Notes: a model not told the origin generated them from the sequence alone. 64,000 nt of DNA from Candidatus Microgenomates bacterium (GCA_025451195.1 JANWKV010000017.1:2471-66470), one strand, 5' to 3'; numbered from the stretch's first letter, positions 35,233 through 46,076 are shown. Translations and numbers: made by a program.

Positions 35233-36259
35233 AATCTCTCATTGCAAGACCAACCCCAATTGTGTAAGACGGGGCATCATCGAGGATCTCTTTTGGTACT
35301 TCTTGGGGAATTAAAACTTTCCATGGATTTGCAATTTCTGTTTCAATGCCTGTTGCGTTAACAAAAAAACTGTTAATTCCGGGAAGCTTTGCCGTTCCAC
35401 CTGTAATAACAATTTGCTTTATAGGATCTGTAACATACTTTCCATTATAGTAAACAATTGCTTTTTTAACTTCAGAAATAATTGATGACAAAACAGGTTG
35501 GGTTGCTTTACCAATTTTCCCTTCAAAATTTTTATTAGACAAACCGTATGCTTTCTTATATTCTTCTGCCTGAGCAAGTGAAAACCCAAAGTCTGCCGCT
35601 ATCGCGCGAGAAAGAGCAACACCACCGGTTGGTAAAGAATAGGTGAAAATAAGCGTTCCGCTCCTAACAATTGCCAATGATGTATGGAGAGCCCCGATGT
35701 TTACAATCAGCGATGAGGGAAATTTATTCTGGCCAATGACAATTGAACGTATCGCGGAAAGAATTTCTGTTTCAAGTACGTTAATTGTAATACCGGCAGT
35801 AGCTAAAATTCTCTCATATTTGTCTATCAGAACCGTCGGGGCACCGACTAAAAGAACATCCATTTTTGGGTTTGGCTCGGTTGGATCCGGACGGCGCAAA
35901 ACCTTATAATCAAGAGTAACACTTGTAAGAGAAACCGGAATATATTGCTCGGCTTCCCAATAAATTGCCGATGCCAACTCTTTGTCGGATAACACCGGCA
36001 TTTCTATTACTCTCGTATAAACCTGACTTTCAGGTAATGCAACATTTGCCATACGGGTTGAAATTTGAGCGTCAGACAGTAATTTTGAAAGGGTTTGTGC
36101 CATTTCTTCCTGATCAAGAGGAGATTCGGAAAGAAGTCCTTTTGCAGGAGCAGGGACTGTTAATACCGAATTAAGAAGGTATCCTTCTTTTTGTTTATCG
36201 AGCCAAACAACTTTTATTGTTGTCGCGCCAATATCAATACCAAAAACTTTATTTTTCAT
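35225..36259 (-). CDS. pilM: Type IV pilus assembly protein PilM
   Basis: GIDIGATTIK, EAEQYIP, ITGGTAKLPG, IGVGLAMR actin-fold motifs; start moved to ATG 36259. Confidence 0.92.
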   Translation of the reverse strand: MKNKVFGIDIGATTIKVVWLDKQKEGYLLNSVLTVPAPAKGLLSESPLDQEEMAQTLSKLLSDAQISTRMANVALPESQVYTRVIEMPVLSDKELASAIYWEAEQYIPVSLTSVTLDYKVLRRPDPTEPNPKMDVLLVGAPTVLIDKYERILATAGITINVLETEILSAIRSIVIGQNKFPSSLIVNIGALHTSLAIVRSGTLIFTYSLPTGGVALSRAIAADFGFSLAQAEEYKKAYGLSNKNFEGKIGKATQPVLSSIISEVKKAIVYYNGKYVTDPIKQIVITGGTAKLPGINSFFVNATGIETEIANPWKVLIPQEVPKEILDDAPSYTIGVGLAMRDYE

Positions 36260-36260
36260 T

Positions 36261-37151
36261 TTATTGTGAAGATAAAACAGAGAATATGTATGCCGAAGGA
36301 ACACTGTCCCAAGTTTCAAAATATGTTACCTGGCGCTGGGCTGATCCTGCCTGGCCTTGGGAAACTATAAGTTGTCCCTCTCCGGTATTAGGCAAAACCG
36401 GAGAACTGGCGGCAATTGATATTCCAACTTTTGAATTGGCAAACAGTGGAATTATTCTTGCAAATAAAATATTATTTATAGTAAACGAATTTGAAGAGAG
36501 AAAATTTACCCCTGAACCGTTAAAGTTTGTGGCTCCGGCAGCATTTGGCAAAGGGAAGTTGGTACTTCTGCCGCTTGAGCAGCCGTTTTCAACCGGATAT
36601 CTGGCTATTTTTAAATCCGAAGCAGTTCTACTTGTACCTGTAATTACAACCAATTCTACAGCGGAAAAATTACAATATTGCGTTGCCGGAGGAGTAGCTC
36701 CTGTATAATCACCCCAATAAACCGTAAAAGTACCGCTCCAATTGGACGTATAAAGCTTTGTCGGATCCGGATCAAATTTTGTAAACCAGATATCCGTCCC
36801 TTCGTCTTTTGATATAGGATCTCCGTTATTTAATAATGCTATTCTGGTTCCCTGTCCAACATATGTTCTGCTAATTGATGTTATTGATGATCCGTTGTTA
36901 AATTGTTGACCAATTGAAGGATTTTGATTTGTGGCTTGTAAGTATTGTTCTATCCCTGCCTCTGCCGCAGAAAATGCTTTTTGGGAGTTAGCTTCTTCGG
37001 AACCCATTTTTAGATTAGTTATTGTCCGGGACGCTATAGATAACCCAACTGTTAAAGCAATAACCATAATAAGAACAACAATAAGAAAAGCTTGCCCCAG
37101 CTGGCGAGGCGTTGAGGATAAGTTTTTTTGTGAGCCCTGAATCACATGCAT
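36261..37151 (-). CDS. PilX-like minor pilin
   Basis: GQAFLIVVL hydrophobic N-terminus, AFSAAEAGIE motif; own TTGACA-17-TACGCT promoter. Confidence 0.75.
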   Translation of the reverse strand: MHVIQGSQKNLSSTPRQLGQAFLIVVLIMVIALTVGLSIASRTITNLKMGSEEANSQKAFSAAEAGIEQYLQATNQNPSIGQQFNNGSSITSISRTYVGQGTRIALLNNGDPISKDEGTDIWFTKFDPDPTKLYTSNWSGTFTVYWGDYTGATPPATQYCNFSAVELVVITGTSRTASDLKIARYPVENGCSSGRSTNFPLPNAAGATNFNGSGVNFLSSNSFTINNILFARIIPLFANSKVGISIAASSPVLPNTGEGQLIVSQGQAGSAQRQVTYFETWDSVPSAYIFSVLSSQ

Positions 37152-37263
37152 GAATTTAGCGTAACAAGCTGGTCAATGTCTGTCAACTATATTCCTTAAC
37201 TTAAAATTTATAAACAGGATATGTTTTGTGCCATATGCCATAAAACCAAATATGACAGGTATC

Positions 37264-37899
37264 TTACCTGTTTTTATTTCTTAAAGTAATTCCTGTAAAG
37301 AAAGGTATCGGATTTGCCGAAGCGGAATTTTCAACAACTCCTGTTGGTTTTGCAGATGTTAGTGAAAAAGATATTCCAATAACAGGGTAGTCTGTTGCCG
37401 ATGATTGACTGCAGGTAAATCCGCATGAAGTTGTCATAACAGAATTAGTATCTAAATAAGGCTGCGGAGTTGGATTAGCGCTTGTGTAGTAAGTAATTGA
37501 ATTGTTTACGCTATCACAGGTGAATGTAGTTTGATTTCCGTCCGGATCTGTAACGGTTATTGCGGTTATTGTGGGAACCGGCGTGGGATAAACAGCAGTG
37601 ACGCATGTTGGAGTCGGAGAAACTATTAAAGGGGAAGAAACATCTGTTGCATCTCTTATCGTTTTTGACATCTGCGTTATTACGTAATTCCCATTCTGTT
37701 TTACATTTGTTAATGTATCTGTTTTTGTTGAAGTTCGCAGTGATGTTACAAGAATTACTGTTCCAATACCGCTTACTAAGGAAAAAACAACTATTACTGC
37801 TAAAAGCTCTATCAAAGTAAACCCGTTTGTGTTTTTTGTTACTTTGTAAATTATAGAAAAAAATTTAATTTTTAATTTGGCAAAAATCATGCTATTCAT
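37264..37899 (-). CDS. Prepilin-type minor pilin (PilW-like)
   Basis: GFTLIELL class III signal. Confidence 0.8.
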   Translation of the reverse strand: MNSMIFAKLKIKFFSIIYKVTKNTNGFTLIELLAVIVVFSLVSGIGTVILVTSLRTSTKTDTLTNVKQNGNYVITQMSKTIRDATDVSSPLIVSPTPTCVTAVYPTPVPTITAITVTDPDGNQTTFTCDSVNNSITYYTSANPTPQPYLDTNSVMTTSCGFTCSQSSATDYPVIGISFSLTSAKPTGVVENSASANPIPFFTGITLRNKNR

Positions 37900-37901
37900 A
37901 A

Positions 37902-38477
37902 CTAACTTGGCGCCGGAACAACATCTCCGCTTGAAAAGCATGAAGAAAGTTTTACGCTGTGGCAATAAGGATTTACCCTGCTCGTACATTTATTGTCTGC
38001 CCAAGAAACAGATGAAATCACATATGTTCCGTATTGACACTGATTTGGGCTGCCTCCTCCCGGGGTATCGTTATAAATTGTTATCTCACGTACAAACGTA
38101 TTGCTAACATTTGGATTACAAACCCCGCTATTTGGTCCGCATGTAATATAATCTGATGCTGCCGGATTGGTCTCAATTTGTCTGCACGTATCTGCAAGGC
38201 AATAATGCTGACTAAGCGTTACGAATGTGCCGTAATTTGTGTTTCTCATAAACCTCATTATTTCCATGCCTTGTTGGGCATATTGAGTTGCCAGGTTTTG
38301 ATTTTTAACAAACTCGGCATTATTAAGCGATGTTATAGCGGCAATTGTTATAGATGTTACAATTACCGTTATAACAGACAGCGCGACAAGTACCTCAATT
38401 AATGTTTGCCCCGTACACGAGCACCAACACCTGGGGCCACGGGCGATGACGGACAGGATTTTTTGAAATATCTTCAT
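37902..38477 (-). CDS. Prepilin-type minor pilin (PilV-like)
   Basis: GQTLIEVLVAL signal, ATQYAQQGME, C-terminal VSW. Confidence 0.78.
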   Translation of the reverse strand: MKIFQKILSVIARGPRCWCSCTGQTLIEVLVALSVITVIVTSITIAAITSLNNAEFVKNQNLATQYAQQGMEIMRFMRNTNYGTFVTLSQHYCLADTCRQIETNPAASDYITCGPNSGVCNPNVSNTFVREITIYNDTPGGGSPNQCQYGTYVISSVSWADNKCTSRVNPYCHSVKLSSCFSSGDVVPAPS

Positions 38478-39010
38478 TTTATTAGACCTGTATTGAAAAC
38501 CGTAATTGGCGTTGGTGTTATGCTGTATCCTCCAACTGAGATATTCCATGAAGATGAATTGGGAGAATCACAGGGGGACGAAACGCTACTCGTTACTGAA
38601 TTAAATAAAAGCGTATGGGAGTCTGTTGTAACTGTAACATTTGGAGGGAGCGGCTTGGCTGTACCACTTACCAAGCTGTCTGTACTGTCGCACCTGATGT
38701 CAAGTTGATAACCCGAACTAATATTGCATGCAGCACATGCATCGTTTTTGGGACAAAAAACTACTAAATAACCGTTGAATTTTTGCCCTGAAGAGCAAAG
38801 CGATACTTGGGAATTTGCTCTTGACCTTGCATCAAAGATTGTTGTTTTTATCTCCTGGGTAACAGTATTTATCGTCTGTTTTCTGCTATAAGTAACAAAT
38901 GCTGCCAAACCCGCGGTCGACAAAATAGCAATTACGGAAAAAACTACAATTAATTCAATTAGCGTAAAACCCTTTAGGAAGTGCCATTTTCTTTTGAGTA
39001 TAAATTTCAT
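38474..39010 (-). CDS. Prepilin-type minor pilin (FimT/FimU-like)
   Basis: GFTLIELIVV signal; ARSRA motif. Confidence 0.78.
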   Translation of the reverse strand: MKFILKRKWHFLKGFTLIELIVVFSVIAILSTAGLAAFVTYSRKQTINTVTQEIKTTIFDARSRANSQVSLCSSGQKFNGYLVVFCPKNDACAACNISSGYQLDIRCDSTDSLVSGTAKPLPPNVTVTTDSHTLLFNSVTSSVSSPCDSPNSSSWNISVGGYSITPTPITVFNTGLIK

Positions 39011-39504
39011 GGATTGTATACGTTGTAGTATTTTCCCGACGTACACGTACCGCTTCCTGTAACACCGGTTGGAAGAGAAGAACTTATGTGCGAATCTGTG
39101 TCGCTGCCGTTTTCAACACAAAAACTCAGGGAATATTGACCGCTTCCGGTATAATTATATAAGTAAACGCCTCCATTCCATGTTCCGCTGCCGAACGGAT
39201 CGCATGGAATTTTTTGCATGTATGTAGATGCACCGCTACTTAAGGAACCTCCGCAGGTTGATAGAGTGCTACTTACCGGATAATCCGATTGGTCTGCTCG
39301 GTATTGCTCAAGAGCAGCCTGGATCTCGCTAATGTCTGATTTTCTCCTGCCATCTCTTGCCCTTTCACGAACACCGATAAAACTGGTTAACAAAAGCGAT
39401 GCAAGTACGCCAATTATTGCCATAACAATTAGAAGTTCTATTAGCGTAAATCCTTTAGTTATTCTCAGGGTAATTTTCTTTCCAGGTATTCCGTTAATTA
39501 CCAT
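39007..39504 (-). CDS. Type IV pilin / GspG-like pseudopilin
   Basis: GFTLIELLIV, ARDGRRKSD, ALEQY.D.YP, PCDP motifs. Confidence 0.85.
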   Translation of the reverse strand: MVINGIPGKKITLRITKGFTLIELLIVMAIIGVLASLLLTSFIGVRERARDGRRKSDISEIQAALEQYRADQSDYPVSSTLSTCGGSLSSGASTYMQKIPCDPFGSGTWNGGVYLYNYTGSGQYSLSFCVENGSDTDSHISSSLPTGVTGSGTCTSGKYYNVYNP

Positions 39505-39535
39505 ATATTTATGATAGGCCGCCAGTAAAAATTAA

Positions 39536-40051
39536 TCAAGGCGATGTGTTTGGACTTGATACTCCAAAATTACATATACCACCGCAAGCCATAGGTGGAA
39601 TATTGTTTGTTTGTAAACTGGCACAAATACCAGGACCCGCAGACAGGCATCTTTCCGGATCAGAACTGTCTTCCAGAGAAGCATACAAGTAATATGTTTG
39701 ATTATTGTTTGTAGAGAAATAAATGTATTTCCTATTTTTATCAGGATCTTTAGGAAGGAAATTCATATATGGAATCCAGGGATTACCCCAGAGAATTGGA
39801 ATATTTGTTTTAAAATCAACAATTTGATAATTTTTTGAAGAGGGGTATCTTGCTCTGTCTCTAAAATATTCTTCAAGCATTTTTTGCAGCTGTTTTATGT
39901 CGTTTTTTCTTATTGCGTCGTTCATTTTTTCTATACGTTGGGTCGGATTAATGATTGTTAAAACAAATCCTCCTATAACAACGATAACGCCTAAAAAAAT
40001 AATCACTTGAATAAGTGTAAGTCCTTTCTCTAAAAAACCATTTTTTTTCAT
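39536..40051 (-). CDS. GspG-like pilin with atypical signal (Gln at position +5)
   Basis: GLTLIQVII, INP, RKNDIKQLQKMLEEY.D.YP, PKDP motifs. Confidence 0.75.
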   Translation of the reverse strand: MKKNGFLEKGLTLIQVIIFLGVIVVIGGFVLTIINPTQRIEKMNDAIRKNDIKQLQKMLEEYFRDRARYPSSKNYQIVDFKTNIPILWGNPWIPYMNFLPKDPDKNRKYIYFSTNNNQTYYLYASLEDSSDPERCLSAGPGICASLQTNNIPPMACGGICNFGVSSPNTSP

Positions 40052-40052
40052 A

Positions 40053-40490
40053 TTACGGACATGCATTGCCGGGATTTGAAACTTCACAAACTTTACCTGT
40101 TGCTGATTCATATCTATAAAAGGGGTTTGAAATAAACCTCGCGGATTTTAAAGGAGAGGTGATAACAATACTGACGCAGGAAACTCCACCTGTGCAACCT
40201 GCCGGATTTGCGGTAAAAGTGTAGGAGTAGCCATCGGGAGGACTTGGTTGTTTACTGATTTCATTTTCACCAAACAAATCCGCCAAACTCGCGGGATAAA
40301 AACCGCTATGGTTTGTCGCGAAGGATTCGCTGGCTCTGCCATATAAACTAATATCCTGTTCTGCAACAGTATCTGATGCATATTTAATTTGATCAAAAGA
40401 AACTGCAACAATTACAACAGATAAAATTGCCGCAATTCCCATAACTACAAGAAGTTCCAAAAGCGTAAAGCCCCTTAAATTGGCATCCAT
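40053..40490 (-). CDS. Type IV pilin (paralog of 41365-41862)
   Basis: GFTLLELLVV signal; TTGACA-17-CATACT promoter 6 nt upstream supports ATG 40490. Confidence 0.82.
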   Translation of the reverse strand: MDANLRGFTLLELLVVMGIAAILSVVIVAVSFDQIKYASDTVAEQDISLYGRASESFATNHSGFYPASLADLFGENEISKQPSPPDGYSYTFTANPAGCTGGVSCVSIVITSPLKSARFISNPFYRYESATGKVCEVSNPGNACP

Positions 40491-40540
40491 ATTTCTAGTA
40501 TGGATATGCAAAATTTTGCTGTCAAGCCTGGACTGGATCT

Positions 40541-41314
40541 CTACCTGAAAAATATAAAAAAAATATTAAGAAGAAAATTGCCCCACAAAAGAGTGCTTAT
40601 GGTTCCCAAGGCCAAAAACGGTCCGAATGCAATTGTGCTTTTAAGCTTTTTCCTGCGAAGAAAAATTAAAAGTATTGAAAACAAAGCGCCTGACACAAAA
40701 GCTATGTAAATAGAAATAACTATGCCGGGAAACCCAAGTAGAATTCCCATAACTAAAACAAACTTTACATCTCCCATTCCCATTCCTTTCCCCTTTGTAA
40801 AAACGGCAAGCAAAAGAAAAAACAAAAATGCGCCGACTCCCGAAATAATAAACACGGGAATTTTTCCAAAATTTGTAAACAAATTAAAAAGAAAGCCGCA
40901 AATTCCAAGCGACAAAAGAATTATGTCCGGAATTATTCCATCAAAAATGTCAATGAAAAATATAATAATAAGTAACGACATAATGAAAAGACAATAAATA
41001 AGCCAAATTGGATTTAGGCCGTGTTGGTAAAAATATATACTTCCTAAACTAAAAAGTATGCCTGTTGTAATTTCTATTATTGGATATCTGTAACCTATAA
41101 ATTTTTTGCAATAACGACACTTACCATAAAGAAATATAAATGAAAAAACAGGAATTAGATCTATCCAGGATAAAGTGTGTTTGCAAAATTCACAATGGGA
41201 CCGCCCTTTAAAAAAGGTTTCGCCACGGGGAAGTCTGTCTATAATAACGTTTAGAAAGCTTCCTATAAATAACCCGGAAATAAAAAGGACAATTACGAAT
41301 AGAAGAAAATGCAC
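40541..41314 (-). CDS. pilD: Prepilin peptidase (A24)
   Basis: GSFLNV, RSHCEFC, GKCRYC, GMGDVKF, AFGPFL motifs. Confidence 0.93.
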   Translation of the reverse strand: MHFLLFVIVLFISGLFIGSFLNVIIDRLPRGETFFKGRSHCEFCKHTLSWIDLIPVFSFIFLYGKCRYCKKFIGYRYPIIEITTGILFSLGSIYFYQHGLNPIWLIYCLFIMSLLIIIFFIDIFDGIIPDIILLSLGICGFLFNLFTNFGKIPVFIISGVGAFLFFLLLAVFTKGKGMGMGDVKFVLVMGILLGFPGIVISIYIAFVSGALFSILLIFLRRKKLKSTIAFGPFLALGTISTLLWGNFLLNIFFIFFR

Positions 41315-41364
41315 ATAAAAATCGTACGTTAAATATAAAACAAAATCAACCTAGGAGATGGTAA

Positions 41365-41862
41365 TTAACATTGTGCGCCAACAACCGGAGTTATCGCGGG
41401 TCCTAAGAAACAAGTCTTACCTGTTGCAGATTCATATTTCATCAGCGGCGTTGCAGAGTATTTTGCGCTTTTCATTACTGACCAGATAGCAATTCCTGTA
41501 CAATCAACACCGCCTGTACAGGATCCTGGATTTGTAATCCAGTTATAACCGTATCCTGATGCCGGAGTAGGGGCAAATTTTAATTCATTGGCAGTTACTA
41601 AATCTGCTGCAGATGCAGGATAAAAGCCGTTTCTAGCTGTTGCATAAGATTCCGCCGCCCTTGCCTGCACGCCTACATCAGATAATACTCTTGAGTCATT
41701 GGCTGCGTTAATTTTTTCTGTTGGGTTGATTGCCGCAACAAGACCGATAGATAAAACTCCTAAAATTGCCATAACTATTAAAAGCTCAATAAGAGTAAAC
41801 CCCTTAGTTGCGCGCAGAAAAAGCCTCTTTTGATATGTTATCTTAAATCTGGGCAGAAACAT
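41365..41862 (-). CDS. Type IV pilin (candidate major pilin)
   Basis: GFTLIELLIVMAILGVL signal; own extended -10 TGTGTATACT. Confidence 0.85.
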   Translation of the reverse strand: MFLPRFKITYQKRLFLRATKGFTLIELLIVMAILGVLSIGLVAAINPTEKINAANDSRVLSDVGVQARAAESYATARNGFYPASAADLVTANELKFAPTPASGYGYNWITNPGSCTGGVDCTGIAIWSVMKSAKYSATPLMKYESATGKTCFLGPAITPVVGAQC

Positions 41863-41913
41863 ATACTTAACTTAGTATACACACATATTTTACTTTGTTG
41901 TCAAGTGGTAGCA

Positions 41914-43113
41914 TTATTGTATTGACGAGGTAAGATTATAAATAGGCGTAATTACAGAAATAATAAGGAATGCAACTCCTAAGCCCAACATAACCATAAT
42001 AATAGGTTCTATTAAAACCGTAAGATTTTTAACCTTTTCTTCAACTTCTCTTTCAAAGTATTCAGAAATCTTTAGAAGAGATTCGTCTAATTTTCCTGTT
42101 TGTTCACCAATCTTTACCATTTGGATAAAAATTGGCGGAAAGACAGAATAGGTTGACATTCCATCTCCAACGCCTATGCCTTTTTCAACTCTAGCGGCAA
42201 CGTCAAGAATGGCGTTTCTGTAGACTAAATTTCCTGCAACATCGGAGGTTTCATTTAATGATTGGACAACAAGCGATCCTGCTTCGATTAAAAGTCCCAT
42301 TGTACGGGCCACCTCGGAAAGAATAGATAATGTAACAATATTTCCCATTATCGGAATTCGAAGCATAATTTCATCTCTTATTAATCTTCCTGATTCGGTT
42401 GCAACCCAACGGGTGTAAAGAAATATAATAAGTGCAACCATGCCGATTGCGATAGGCCACCAATTTACAAAAAAATGAGATATCGTAATAACAACAACGG
42501 TTGCAAACGGTAATTTAATATTAAGATTCGCGTACAAACCGGTCAGCTGCGGAATAACAAAAATCATCATAACCATAGTTACAGCAATCATTAAAACAAC
42601 TATAACTGCTGGATAAATAAGAGCTGCTTTTACAGCACCTTTTAGCTTTTGTCCCTTTTCCAGATTATCGGCAAGTCTGTTCAAAATTTTATCCAGAAAT
42701 CCTGACGATTCTCCGGCTTTAATAAGAGAAATATAAACAGGAGAAAATACATTGGGAAATTTACTGATTCCGAATGAAAGTGGTTTTCCCTCCTGAACAT
42801 CTGCAATTACACTTATTACAATCTCTTTCATTGAGGGATTTTGCATTTGATCTTTTAGGATCGACAAAGCCTGCATAAGAGTAAGTCCCGATGCAAGAAT
42901 TGAAGAAAGTTGCCTTGTAAATAAAACCAAATCCGTATTCCCTTGTCTTTTTAAAAAAGAGAGAAGAGATATTTCTTCTTGTTTCGGTTTTATGAAAATC
43001 GGAAGAAGGTCCTTACCCCGAATGTAATATGCGGCCTCACTAATATCTTTTGCTTCGATTATTCCTTGTTGAATTTTTCCGTCTTTACTGACAGCCTTAT
43101 AATTAAGCTTCAT
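41914..43113 (-). CDS. pilC: Type IV pilus platform protein PilC (T2SS F family)
   Basis: FTRQLS, AGESSG, ALIYP, IGEQTGKLD, LIEP motifs. Confidence 0.93.
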   Translation of the reverse strand: MKLNYKAVSKDGKIQQGIIEAKDISEAAYYIRGKDLLPIFIKPKQEEISLLSFLKRQGNTDLVLFTRQLSSILASGLTLMQALSILKDQMQNPSMKEIVISVIADVQEGKPLSFGISKFPNVFSPVYISLIKAGESSGFLDKILNRLADNLEKGQKLKGAVKAALIYPAVIVVLMIAVTMVMMIFVIPQLTGLYANLNIKLPFATVVVITISHFFVNWWPIAIGMVALIIFLYTRWVATESGRLIRDEIMLRIPIMGNIVTLSILSEVARTMGLLIEAGSLVVQSLNETSDVAGNLVYRNAILDVAARVEKGIGVGDGMSTYSVFPPIFIQMVKIGEQTGKLDESLLKISEYFEREVEEKVKNLTVLIEPIIMVMLGLGVAFLIISVITPIYNLTSSIQ

Positions 43114-43119
43114 AGGAAA

Positions 43120-44187
43120 TCACCCTAACATGCGCAGTAATTCTTCCGGGTGGAGAGAATAATTTTTTGCAACTTCTAAAGAGACTGCACCCGACAATAC
43201 AAGTTGGGCCAGATATGCTTCCAAGGTTATCATTCCAACTTCTTGAGACGTTTGAATAATAGAATCTATAAGATGGGTTTTCCCTTCACGGATATTGCTG
43301 GATATTGCGGCGTTTGCGATAAGTACTTCAACTGCCGGAATTCTTCCTCCTGCCAACTGGGGGAGAAGTCTTTGGGAAATAATTCCTCTTAAAACAAACG
43401 AAAGCTGGATACGAATTTGTGACTGCTGATGCTCAGGAAAAGAATCTATAATACGGTCAACGCTTTGAGACGCGGAATTAGTATGAAGGGTTGAAAAAAC
43501 CAAATGGCCCGTTTCCGCAATCGTCATAGCCGCCGCCATTGTGTCCGGGTCACGCATTTCTCCAATAAGTAAAACGTCCGGGTCTTCACGAAGGGCAGAT
43601 CTTAATGCCATGTTCCAGGAATGGGTATCGGATTTCATCTCGCGTTGAGAAATAATACTTTGCCCGTTAGGATAAATATATTCGATAGGATCTTCTATTG
43701 TTAGAATATGCGATGACCGTCTCATATTTATTTCATTCACCATTGACGCAAGCGTTGTTGATTTTCCGTGTCCTGTTGGACCTGTCACCAGCACTAAACC
43801 CTGCCGCAACTCTGCAAAAGAATGACAAATTTTTGGCAAATGCAACTCTTCTATTGAGGCAATAGATCTTGGAAGATATCTGAATGCTGCACACAAAACT
43901 CCACGCTGATAATATGCGTTTACACGAAATCTTCCAAGGTCTCCTGTTATACCTCCTCCGTAAGGAATTGAAAAATCAAGTTCTTTGTTGGTAATAATCA
44001 ACTCTTTTTGTTCCGGACTTACAACGGCAAAAATCATTTGCTCGGCTGTTTCTTTGGAAACGGCAGAATAATTTGAAAGAAGCGAAAGCGAACCGTTTAT
44101 TCGAATAGCAGGGGGAATACCAGGTAGAATATGCAAATCAGAAGCATTATTTTTAACTGTTAAATCAAGTAATTCTTTTATATCCAT
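43120..44187 (-). CDS. pilT: Twitching-motility retraction ATPase PilT
   Basis: ASDLH, GPTGHGKST, TIEDPIE, ALREDPD, AETGHLV, NIREGK motifs. Confidence 0.95.
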   Translation of the reverse strand: MDIKELLDLTVKNNASDLHILPGIPPAIRINGSLSLLSNYSAVSKETAEQMIFAVVSPEQKELIITNKELDFSIPYGGGITGDLGRFRVNAYYQRGVLCAAFRYLPRSIASIEELHLPKICHSFAELRQGLVLVTGPTGHGKSTTLASMVNEINMRRSSHILTIEDPIEYIYPNGQSIISQREMKSDTHSWNMALRSALREDPDVLLIGEMRDPDTMAAAMTIAETGHLVFSTLHTNSASQSVDRIIDSFPEHQQSQIRIQLSFVLRGIISQRLLPQLAGGRIPAVEVLIANAAISSNIREGKTHLIDSIIQTSQEVGMITLEAYLAQLVLSGAVSLEVAKNYSLHPEELLRMLG

Positions 44188-44252
44188 AAAACTCCCTTCG
44201 GTCGTAATAAACAAATATACAAATAATCCAATTGAAAAATTTGATTATCGTA

Positions 44253-46076
44253 TTATTCTTGAGCGACCCTTAGCACTTCTTCAATCGTTGTATTACCTTT
44301 TAAAACTTTTAAAAATCCGTCCTGTTTCATTGTAACCATACCATCCTGGACTGCTTGTCTTTCAATTTCATCAATGGAAGAATGTTTCAGTAAAAGTTGG
44401 GACATTTTTTCTGTTACAGGCAGCACTTCAAAAATTCCAATTCTTCCCAGATATCCCGAATCTCCACATTCCGCACATCCTTTACCTTTATAAAATTTTA
44501 TCTGGGTTGAATCTGCCGGGAAGAGAACCCCTAATGTTGCTTTTATCTCCTGAATCAGTTGGGCAGGAGGTTCATAGGCAACTTTACAAGTGCTACAAAT
44601 CTGACGGACAATGCGCTGACCTACAATTGCGTTTAGCGTTGATGCAATTAAAAACGCTTCGGCACCCAAATCCAGAAGACGGGGGAGTGCTCCGGCTGCG
44701 TTGGACGTATGAAGTGTTGAAAAAACCAAATGGCCTGTAAGTGCTGCTTGAATTGCAAGGTCTGTTGTTTCTCTGTCTCTAATTTCTCCCACCAAAATTA
44801 TGTTTGGGTCCTGTCGTAAAAAAGAGCGGAGTCCGAATGCGAATGTAAGACCAACTCCCGGGTTAATTTGCACTTGGTTAATTCCGGGGATTTCATACTC
44901 GACAGGATCCTCCAAAGACATTATATTTACTCTTGTTGTGTTAAGTTTTGTCAAAATAGAATAAAGCGTTGTTGTTTTACCCGATCCGGTTGGTCCACAA
45001 ACAAGAATTATTCCGTGCGGCCTAAGTATTGCGGCATCTAAATTTCTAAGGGAAATACCATTTAAACCTAATTCGTTCAATGTTGGTATTCCTCCCGATT
45101 TACGCAAAAGTCTCATCACAACTTTTTCCCCATGAGCTGTTGGTAAAACTGACACACGAAGATCCACTTCTTTATCTTCAACTTTAAAATTAAATCTTCC
45201 ATCCTGAGGAGTTCGGTGCTCATCGATTTTCATTTCCGATAAAATTTTTATGCGCGAAATAACTGCCTCCTGCACTGTTTTGGGAAGCGTTAATCTGTCG
45301 TATAAAATGCCATCGATCCTATACCTTACTCTTATTCTGTCTTCCATCGGCTCTATGTGAACATCCGATGCCCTGGACAAAACCGCGTAATCCAAAATGG
45401 TTGATACAATTTTTGCAATCGGTGCTTCCTTAATAATTTCTCCAATTTTTTTGCTGTCAACAGTTTTGCTTTTACTTGTTAATTCTTCTGTTTCCTTAAC
45501 TGCTTTGCCTACCTCGCCAACTAATTCCTGTCTATACTGTGAGCTAATTGCCTTTTCAACGTCTGAGGGCGTAGCGGCGTATGCTTTAATTGTCAATCCG
45601 GTTTTTTCCCTTACAAATTGTATTGCCTCCAAATCAACAGGATTTGCCATAGCAATTGACAGTGTTTTTGATGTATCGTCATATGAAAACGGAATAAGGG
45701 CAAATCTTTCAACAACAGCACGCGGAATAAAACTCAAAGCTTCTGGAGAAAAAGCAGTTGTTGCCAGCGAAACAAACGGAACACTAATTGCTTGGGCTTT
45801 GGCCCTTGAGATTTTTTCCTCATTAAACAAATGCATTTCGTTAAGAACTGTTTCTGCTGATTTTCCGCCCGTTGCCATCTTAACTTTAACGTCTTCATAC
45901 TGCTGTCTTGTAAGTAAATTTTGGCTTAGGAGTATGTCCGCAATTGTGTTTCTGTCATCTGATATTTGTATTGCAGAAGAACTATCCTGAACTTGAGCCA
46001 CCTGCGTATTTTGTGCAGGGTCTTGTGGCGCAGCTTGAAAATTTTGATCAGGTTGTGGTAATTGTGATTGTGTCAT
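44253..46076 (-). CDS. pilB: Type IV pilus assembly ATPase PilB (GspE family)
   Basis: ASDVHIEP, GPTGSGKTT, LRQDPN, CSTC/CAEC zinc motif; start moved to ATG 46076. Confidence 0.94.
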   Translation of the reverse strand: MTQSQLPQPDQNFQAAPQDPAQNTQVAQVQDSSSAIQISDDRNTIADILLSQNLLTRQQYEDVKVKMATGGKSAETVLNEMHLFNEEKISRAKAQAISVPFVSLATTAFSPEALSFIPRAVVERFALIPFSYDDTSKTLSIAMANPVDLEAIQFVREKTGLTIKAYAATPSDVEKAISSQYRQELVGEVGKAVKETEELTSKSKTVDSKKIGEIIKEAPIAKIVSTILDYAVLSRASDVHIEPMEDRIRVRYRIDGILYDRLTLPKTVQEAVISRIKILSEMKIDEHRTPQDGRFNFKVEDKEVDLRVSVLPTAHGEKVVMRLLRKSGGIPTLNELGLNGISLRNLDAAILRPHGIILVCGPTGSGKTTTLYSILTKLNTTRVNIMSLEDPVEYEIPGINQVQINPGVGLTFAFGLRSFLRQDPNIILVGEIRDRETTDLAIQAALTGHLVFSTLHTSNAAGALPRLLDLGAEAFLIASTLNAIVGQRIVRQICSTCKVAYEPPAQLIQEIKATLGVLFPADSTQIKFYKGKGCAECGDSGYLGRIGIFEVLPVTEKMSQLLLKHSSIDEIERQAVQDGMVTMKQDGFLKVLKGNTTIEEVLRVAQE

